Source of the DNA: an uncultured archaeon
GTDB lineage: Archaea; Asgardarchaeota; Heimdallarchaeia; Heimdallarchaeales; Heimdallarchaeaceae
Direction: 5' to 3'
Length of the DNA stretch: 11,304 bases
NCBI GenBank assembly: GCA_964549075.1
Contig: CAZJUB010000085.1
Coordinates: forward strand, 1 to 11,304
Shown: positions 1 to 6,336 of the stretch, piece after piece
Numbering within the stretch: position 1 is the first letter of the stretch
Layout of the letters: each line of letters starts with the position of its first letter
Position numbers and translations under genes: made by a program
The notes under the pieces: generated by a model
Told to the model about the DNA's origin: nothing
What the model saw: only the letters and a program-made list of their open reading frames with translations
Database searches by the model: none

Positions 1-1390
1 GGATTACAGTTGCTTTTTCTTTTCCTAAAAATTCTTCACCCATTACTGCAGGTTCGAAGAATCCAGCTTCTTTTTCTTCAGCAGTTAAGATTTCTTCAAT
101 TTTAATTGGTTTTGCTTGTTCTATTGGTTGTTCTGCTTCAACAGGTGTAGGTTGTTCAACAGGAATTTCTTCTGGTATTTTTACTTCCTCATGTGATACT
201 GTTACCGGTTCTGGTTGAACAGGTATTTCTTGAGCAACAGGTACTGGTTGAGCTACCGGATTAGCTTGTGCAACTGGGGCACTTCGTGCTGCTGGTGCAG
301 CGTCAGAAGCTGTTGATTGAGCAAATCTCAAAATTAGTTCATAAAGTAGCTCTTTTCTCTCCTCTGTTATGGGGGAAAAAGAAGTAATTAACAAGTAATT
401 TGCTTCTAAGTTAAAAATCATAGCATGGACTTTTCCAGTTGAAGAAGTCATAACTGTTCCAGTAGGATCAATTTCTCCACCATTTTCTTTAAGCTTGGTT
501 CTAAAATCATGAAGACCAATAAGATATTCCATGGAACTTTCAGCAGTTACATTAGCTTGAGAAGAAGCTCCAACAATAGGTGAGTTTGTTAATTTATCAA
601 TAAGAACTATTTCAACTATGTCGTATTCTTTCAAATCTACTTGCATACTAAGTTTTCCAAATGATGGGAGTAAAGCTTCAGGTTTCGGATTAAGAAAATC
701 ACGTAACTGTTGAACCCTCGGATCTTCTGCATGTTCCATCACATAACTTTGGAATTCTTCACTCTCTTCGACTTTTTGACCGAGATTAGAAATAAGCTCG
801 AATCTTTTGGTATTGATTCCAGCTTCTTCCATAATAGTAAAAAGCAATTCTCTTAAACTATCAGCATAATAAATGCTGGTATTTTCAAAATCAATAGTAT
901 ATTTTTCATCTGAGAACATTTCACGAATGTGTTGATGAATAACAATCATTTTTTCTGGAGTTACAAGATCGACTTTATGACATAAAACAGTTATATTACC
1001 TTCAGGATTTTCTTTCTTGTACTGGCGAATGGTAAAACTGAAACGACGTTCTGATTCTTCAAAAAGCTCAGGTTTGGTTACATCAACAATCCAAACAAGT
1101 AGTTTAACATTAGAGAACACAAGATGACGGAAATGAGTAACAGCTTCATTCCAATAACTTTCTTGTCCCCCAGAATCGATAATCATACTTGTTTGTTCCT
1201 CATCTAAGAATTGTCGTTGATAATGTACAGTAGCCATGTAATCGTCTACTTCACCTGGTTGCTTATTAAAGAAAACAACATCCTTTATAGCAGTCTTACC
1301 AGCAGCTTGAAGACCCATTAATAGTATTTTATCTTCAACAGTAGCTTTAGATTCTTCCTTTCCTGATAGCTCATCGAATAGATAGGACAT
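1..1390 (-). CDS. Rag/Gtr1-like small GTPase with probable C-terminal roadblock domain and Pro/Glu-rich extension (3' end outside the window, >=463 aa)
   Basis: Not in the ORF track. Manual translation from ATG at 1390 is open to base 1: MSYLFDELSGKEESKATVEDKILLMGLQAAGKTAIKDVVFFNKQPGEVDDYMATVHYQRQFLDEEQTSMIIDSGGQESYWNEAVTHFRHLVFSNVKLLVWIVDVTKPE...NPEGNITVLCHKVDLV...FENTSIYY. Motifs: G1 GLQAAGKT (1292-1315), G2 MAT, G3 DSGGQ (1163-1177), G4 HKVD (968-979), G5 TSIY (869-880). HKxD and TSI[WY] are Rag-family hallmarks. Residues ~250-358 (DIVEIVLIDKLTNSPIVGASS...VHAMIFNLEANYLLITSFSPITEERKELLYELILRF) have a roadblock-like strand/helix pattern. Confidence 0.9.
   Translation of the reverse strand, partial: MSYLFDELSGKEESKATVEDKILLMGLQAAGKTAIKDVVFFNKQPGEVDDYMATVHYQRQFLDEEQTSMIIDSGGQESYWNEAVTHFRHLVFSNVKLLVWIVDVTKPELFEESERRFSFTIRQYKKENPEGNITVLCHKVDLVTPEKMIVIHQHIREMFSDEKYTIDFENTSIYYADSLRELLFTIMEEAGINTKRFELISNLGQKVEESEEFQSYVMEHAEDPRVQQLRDFLNPKPEALLPSFGKLSMQVDLKEYDIVEIVLIDKLTNSPIVGASSQANVTAESSMEYLIGLHDFRTKLKENGGEIDPTGTVMTSSTGKVHAMIFNLEANYLLITSFSPITEERKELLYELILRFAQSTASDAAPAARSAPVAQANPVAQPVPVAQEIPVQPEPVTVSHEEVKIPEEIPVEQPTPVEAEQPIEQAKPIKIEEILTAEEKEAGFFEPAVMGEEFLGKEKATVI
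215..277 (-). repeat. Degenerate 18-bp coding tandem repeat (PVAQAN-PVAQPV-PVAQEI-PVQ) in the GTPase low-complexity tail
   Basis: Minus strand reads CCAGTTGCACAAGCTAAT CCGGTAGCTCAACCAGTA CCTGTTGCTCAAGAAATA CCTGTTCAA. Confidence 0.65.
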
Positions 1391-1412
1391 AGTTGTGCCT
1401 CTAACCCTAGTG

Positions 1413-1428
1413 ATAATTTAATCTTTAT
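1413..1428 (-). promoter_or_regulatory. Possible archaeal BRE/TATA-like promoter for the Rag-like GTPase
   Basis: Minus strand ATAAAGATTAAATTAT, a purine run followed by an AT box centred ~29 nt upstream of the ATG at 1390, within the only sizeable intergenic gap (1391-1486). The AT-rich background makes this weak. Confidence 0.3.
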
Positions 1429-1471
1429 GATATTACACGAAAATAATATTAATAAGATATCGATAAAGGCC

Positions 1472-1486
1472 GAGAGAAAGAAGAAA
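1472..1486 (-). terminator. Possible archaeal-type pyrimidine/U-rich terminator
   Basis: TTTCTTCTTTCTCTC lies immediately after the TGA stop of the 1487-6328 gene on the minus strand. No hairpin seen. Confidence 0.3.
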
Positions 1487-4400
1487 TCAATTCTTCTTTT
1501 GTTCGATTTTTTCCGCTGCAAGCATAACTTTTACTGATTTATGACGAATTATACGAAGTAATTCTTCAACCTCCTTCAACTGCTTCTTCTCTTTTAAGTA
1601 AGCTATAATTGCATCAACTTCATCATATACAAATTCTTGATTATTCAAAAGTAGATTACCGTATTCAGAATCAGCTAGAATTATTAAAGAAAGATTCTCA
1701 AATCCACCTCTTGCCATTTTGTTTGGTAATTGAATTCCATGTACAAAGCCTATCATTTTCTCTGTTGGAAGTATAATTGAACCAACTCTACGTCCCATAT
1801 CATGTTCTTCGAATCCTAATGAACTATAAGCTTGATCAGAGATTTTCAGCAGAAAATTTTCAACTCCGATTTGCATTCGACCAAGATATCTAGTTGTATC
1901 AAGTGAATGTGTTGCGATGAGAGGGATAGGACCTTTTCTTTGATCAAAGATTGTTAATATTACTCCAGGTGACAACTCCTCATATCTATCCATTATTTCT
2001 TCGACTGATATTCCCTCCATAACTTCCTCAAATGGTTTACCTCTTGTCACTTTATAAACTATCAATGAAATAATTAAAATAACAAACAGTCCGCCACCTA
2101 TCAACGTATAAAGTAACCACGATGGAAAACCAGGTGGGTAAATTTTGATTACTTTTTCATCCATCTCTGAATATGCTAAATCAAGAAAATCTCCTCCATC
2201 AAATGAAACTGAGACTAAGACATAATCTATATCTGCAGTCATAGTGAAAACTATTGTAGCTTCTCCATTAATATTGGTAGTTCTATTTAATATTACATAG
2301 GTAGTGTAGTTGCTGGGGATTGTAGCTAATACTCCCTCTGAAGTATTTTCGTATGAATATGAATAAACATAAAAGTGTAGAAGTTGTCCTGCTACACCTG
2401 TACCATTTTCAAAAGATAGAGCAGCAGTAATAGTAAATTCTGTTCCTTCTAAAACGGTAGAATTGGAAGATATTATATTAATATTAAGAAGGAGAGGAGT
2501 AACTGTGAATTCAAATGTGAAATCTCCTTCCAATATAGCATAGAAATATGTACTTTCTACATACATAATGATTGAATGATTTCCTTTTACTAAACCATGA
2601 GTAGAATAACTGAACCAATACTCAGATGTATTTTCAACATTATTAAAATTAGTAATTACAGAGTTTACTTGTCCCCACAAAATTGAAAGATTCTGGCTTA
2701 AATAATCTTTCATTTCAACATAAACAATTAAATCTTCATCATATTGAATAGAAAGATCTGTTTTCTCTAATATTTCTACTGTTCCAAGTTTCTTATCTAC
2801 TGTGAGAAAAATCTTTACTGTTTGTGAACCTCCACCAACCAGATAGAACTCAAAAAGGGCATAAGATTCAACTCCTTCAGTAATATTAGTAGCTATAATT
2901 ATACATTCATAAATGGTAGTGTCAATTTTAACCATACTCATTTCAAAATTGTAGACATCTGTTAGATTACGTAATTGCAGATCTGGAATTTCACTTCCAT
3001 CTATAGTATCTGTAACATTTACAATGAAGACAAAACTATCAGTATAATTCATTCTATGATGGTATGATAAATATCCCCCTTCTTCTGACCACATTTCAGG
3101 ATTTGGTGATGTTACCTTAACGTCGATATCATTTACAGTTATATAAAATGTATATGTTTTAGAGTTTGGTTGAGTGCTTATAGTATTATCAGTCAATGTA
3201 ACTTTTAATGTGTGACGTCCATCCTCATCAGGAACATTGTCCATAAAATTATAACCATTAATTAAAACTGCATTTAAATCTAAATAATCACTTCTTGCAT
3301 CATCATCATCCCAAATATAATAAAATAAAGCGATGTCATCATTAGTGTTGTTTTTATACAAAACAGGAGTATTACCCAAACTTGTATACTCTCCTCCATT
3401 AATGAGATTTGTATAAACGCCACTCTCATTTAAAAAAAGACCAGGAAGAGGAGCAGTTCGATCAATAATAAAATTGAAGGTTCTAGATAGAAAATTCTCA
3501 TAAATATCATATAGTTCTATAGTAATTGTAGCAGTATCTCCTGTTTGGTAAGCTCCTGGTCCATCAAAGAATAAAGAAGGGATACGCACAGAGAAACTAT
3601 CATACATATCATAAGTTGTGTAGATATAGTAAAATTCTAATTTATCATAACAATAGCGCACTGTTGTCACTGTTTCTATATTTTCTTCATCAATGAAAAA
3701 CTCCAGATCAGTGAATTTGTTTATTTCATCTAGTTCATTTGGAGAAGTGAGATCCAATTGAGGGGCAATATTATCAATAATTAAGTAAATTGAGTAGAAA
3801 CTGATATGACCTAACGAGTCGTTAGCATAAATTTTCAGAAAACCAGCACCATCTCCAGCGGAGAGTGTAATTGTTCCAGAGAAACTAGAATTACTGCCAC
3901 CAGCCCATGAATAGAAAGTATCCACAATTGGATCGCTATCTTCAACTGTAACAATAACCTCATCTCCTGTTTTAACATAATTAGTTGAAAGGTGTTCAAT
4001 GAGTTCAGGAATAGTTACTGTTTTGATTATAGGGGCTTGTGTATCAACATAGAAAACAATCGTTTGTGTAGCATAATTTCCAGCTAAATCGTAAACATAA
4101 ATAGTAAAGTTATGAGTACCATCATCAAAAATTAATAAGGATAGAGAGAAAGGATAAGTTAAGGTTTGATTAGCCTTATTATCAATTTGAATATATACAA
4201 TAAGCTGATTTACAGATGTGTAATTATCAGTAATAAGAAAGTCCATTATCTCGCTGGTTTCAAACCTTGTACCATTGTATGAAGTAAATACTGAACTATC
4301 TATTACTGGAGCTTCTAAATCAACTATAAAATTAAAATAGAAAATGTGAAGAATATTATCATAATCAAACGTTATAATTGTCAAATTATGAGGTCCTGGA

Positions 4401-6328
4401 TCTGTTGATAAAGCATCTACTCCTGATAATATGAGTTGTGAACTTATGATCGTACCTGATTTTAGGATTCCACTATCCCAGACATAATAAATAGTTCCAT
4501 TACTCTTCTGTATATTGATGACAACCTCATTTCCTCCTAAGTAATAAGAATTATTTCTTAAATCGGCTAACTCTACTAAAAACAACTCATCATCTGTGAA
4601 GAAACGGTAATTTTTCTCTGTATAAAAACCATTTACATCATACACTTTTATAACTAATGAATGATATCCTGGAGCTTCAGGTAAACTTGTTTGATAGATC
4701 GTACCTTGAGCTGGTGTCCACAATTGATCTGGGTCAGAACCCCAGCTATAATTTGCAGATTGTATTCCTACATTATCAGTTATGTTAAACTCTATCACTT
4801 TACCAGGAGCTTGATGAGTATCATTTAAAACATTGTATAATTCGATTGTAGGAGCTAAAGAATCAAAGTGAAAGATATAATTTACAGTTTCATTCGTATA
4901 GAAATCCGTAGTTTTAATTGTCAGGATATGTTCTCCATTATAGAGAGGAGCTACTATATCGTACGGACTCTCAAGCGTTGACCAAGTTCCGTTATCCCAA
5001 GTATACTCTGTGGTATCAACATAGTAGACATCAAAATCAATAGTGGTCCCACCCGTTACAGAAGAACCATTTATAAGAGGGCTATTAAGAACCACATTAA
5101 TTATAGATTTATCATAACCAAAGATATACGAAGATGTTTTTGTATTATTATATACTGGATCACTCGCTTTAACATCTAATGTATTCCAACCAGGATTATC
5201 TGGAATTGTTGTTAAAGTAGAATCGCTGAATGAAGTCCAACTTTCACTGTTCCACCTGTATGAACTAATTGAACCATCAGTGACATCTATTGTCATTGCT
5301 TGTTGACTTTGATAAACTGCATTATCCATTGCTCCGATAATATTGATATCTGGATATGCTTTGGATCGCATATACAACTGAATTCCAGACATTCTAGTAA
5401 CATTATTGATAAGATAAGTATTATCATATGCATTATTTGCATCATCTATTGTCCAGGTGGTAGATCCTCCTCCAGTATAACTATAACCTGTATAAGCCAG
5501 AAAAGAGCCTTGGGATGGAACATAACTAAAACGTGCTTCAATATCCCATCTCAATCTGTATCCAGCAGGAATTGTAACCGTTCCAGTAATATCAGCATAG
5601 GTACTCCTTTGTCCTGGCCAGATATTTGGTTCATATTGATATGAAGTTCTTCTAGCTAGAAGAGTCGGATTTAAAGGATCAGCTGGATTAAAAAGATAAA
5701 GACTCTGTCTAAAACTTATGTCAATTGACGAACTAAAAGGAGGAGCATCATTAGATTCATACCATGATAACCAATAAACTCTTCCTGTAATCTCATAATC
5801 TTCGGTAAACACTGGGCTATAAATTTTTGAAGGTTCATGAGGGCTATTTCTTTCTCTCAGATAGAACCAATCAGTGTTATTTGGCCATGTACTTGGTTCA
5901 TCACTTAATGCTCTCCAGTACATCTCTTTTCCTAGAGTTCCGTCGTCCTTTATATCATCATAAGTAACCCATTCTAAGATATTTCTTCTATCATAGGGAT
6001 CAGTTCCAGCAGGATCATTAATTAATGTATCACCTACATAAGAACTACCATAAATAAAGCCTGTTCCACCGGGGAAAAACGCTTGAGTTTTAAAATTACC
6101 TGCAATTTCTGCATTTGTTACTAGAGAACCATCACTAGGTTTTTCTGCAGATTTGATATAACCTGGAAAACTAGGAGTATCAAGGGTATTTGTTGATTCA
6201 TTCGAAGAAGCGGAAACATCATTTTTAGAACTTTCAACTTGTCTATAGGTTACTGTATTGAAACAGAGTATAATTAACATTAAACCAAAAATAACATTCA
6301 TTTGTTTTTTCATCTTCATACTCCTCAC
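1487..6328 (-). CDS. Large type I membrane protein (receptor-like): signal peptide, N-terminal jelly-roll-like domain, ~11 Ig-like repeats, TM helix, cytoplasmic folliculin/SMCR8-like longin domain (paralog B)
   Basis: 1613-aa ORF. N-terminal MKKQMNVIFGLMLIILCFNTV; repeated D..AP.i.l...Y.WD...G.H.L.I...D..N...F..D units; TM WLLYTLIGGGLFVILIISLIVY (2054-2119) followed by KVTRGK; tail with GVILTIFDQRKGPIPL and GFVHGIQLPNKMARGGFENLSLIILA. The annotated start is GTG at 6328. ATG at 6313 (7 nt after GAGGAG) is an equally plausible start. Confidence 0.9.
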   Translation of the reverse strand: MRSMKMKKQMNVIFGLMLIILCFNTVTYRQVESSKNDVSASSNESTNTLDTPSFPGYIKSAEKPSDGSLVTNAEIAGNFKTQAFFPGGTGFIYGSSYVGDTLINDPAGTDPYDRRNILEWVTYDDIKDDGTLGKEMYWRALSDEPSTWPNNTDWFYLRERNSPHEPSKIYSPVFTEDYEITGRVYWLSWYESNDAPPFSSSIDISFRQSLYLFNPADPLNPTLLARRTSYQYEPNIWPGQRSTYADITGTVTIPAGYRLRWDIEARFSYVPSQGSFLAYTGYSYTGGGSTTWTIDDANNAYDNTYLINNVTRMSGIQLYMRSKAYPDINIIGAMDNAVYQSQQAMTIDVTDGSISSYRWNSESWTSFSDSTLTTIPDNPGWNTLDVKASDPVYNNTKTSSYIFGYDKSIINVVLNSPLINGSSVTGGTTIDFDVYYVDTTEYTWDNGTWSTLESPYDIVAPLYNGEHILTIKTTDFYTNETVNYIFHFDSLAPTIELYNVLNDTHQAPGKVIEFNITDNVGIQSANYSWGSDPDQLWTPAQGTIYQTSLPEAPGYHSLVIKVYDVNGFYTEKNYRFFTDDELFLVELADLRNNSYYLGGNEVVINIQKSNGTIYYVWDSGILKSGTIISSQLILSGVDALSTDPGPHNLTIITFDYDNILHIFYFNFIVDLEAPVIDSSVFTSYNGTRFETSEIMDFLITDNYTSVNQLIVYIQIDNKANQTLTYPFSLSLLIFDDGTHNFTIYVYDLAGNYATQTIVFYVDTQAPIIKTVTIPELIEHLSTNYVKTGDEVIVTVEDSDPIVDTFYSWAGGSNSSFSGTITLSAGDGAGFLKIYANDSLGHISFYSIYLIIDNIAPQLDLTSPNELDEINKFTDLEFFIDEENIETVTTVRYCYDKLEFYYIYTTYDMYDSFSVRIPSLFFDGPGAYQTGDTATITIELYDIYENFLSRTFNFIIDRTAPLPGLFLNESGVYTNLINGGEYTSLGNTPVLYKNNTNDDIALFYYIWDDDDARSDYLDLNAVLINGYNFMDNVPDEDGRHTLKVTLTDNTISTQPNSKTYTFYITVNDIDVKVTSPNPEMWSEEGGYLSYHHRMNYTDSFVFIVNVTDTIDGSEIPDLQLRNLTDVYNFEMSMVKIDTTIYECIIIATNITEGVESYALFEFYLVGGGSQTVKIFLTVDKKLGTVEILEKTDLSIQYDEDLIVYVEMKDYLSQNLSILWGQVNSVITNFNNVENTSEYWFSYSTHGLVKGNHSIIMYVESTYFYAILEGDFTFEFTVTPLLLNINIISSNSTVLEGTEFTITAALSFENGTGVAGQLLHFYVYSYSYENTSEGVLATIPSNYTTYVILNRTTNINGEATIVFTMTADIDYVLVSVSFDGGDFLDLAYSEMDEKVIKIYPPGFPSWLLYTLIGGGLFVILIISLIVYKVTRGKPFEEVMEGISVEEIMDRYEELSPGVILTIFDQRKGPIPLIATHSLDTTRYLGRMQIGVENFLLKISDQAYSSLGFEEHDMGRRVGSIILPTEKMIGFVHGIQLPNKMARGGFENLSLIILADSEYGNLLLNNQEFVYDEVDAIIAYLKEKKQLKEVEELLRIIRHKSVKVMLAAEKIEQKKN

Positions 6329-6336
6329 TTCTCCTC
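6321..6336 (-). promoter_or_regulatory. Stop/start junction with tandem Shine-Dalgarno-like GAGGAG motifs (translational coupling)
   Basis: Minus strand ...ATA GAGGAG AAG TGA GGAGT ATG AAG ATG. The upstream stop TGA (6325-6327) overlaps GTG (6326-6328). GAGGAG occurs at 6331-6336 and 6321-6326, the latter 7 nt before ATG 6313. Confidence 0.5.

Noticed and set aside
1318-1521. 67-aa minus-strand ORF from the track
   Set aside because: It overlaps the end of the receptor gene and the start of the Rag-like GTPase in another frame and spans the AT-rich intergenic gap. It has no recognisable motif and is likely spurious.
5300-5644. 114-aa plus-strand ORF from the track
   Set aside because: It is entirely antisense to a well-supported gene, starts at TTG, and has the Ile/Ser/Cys-rich composition typical of a shadow ORF.
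6260-6300. Lipobox in the receptor signal peptides
   Set aside because: IILC and IALC have Leu rather than G/A/S at -1, and both proteins already have a TM anchor.
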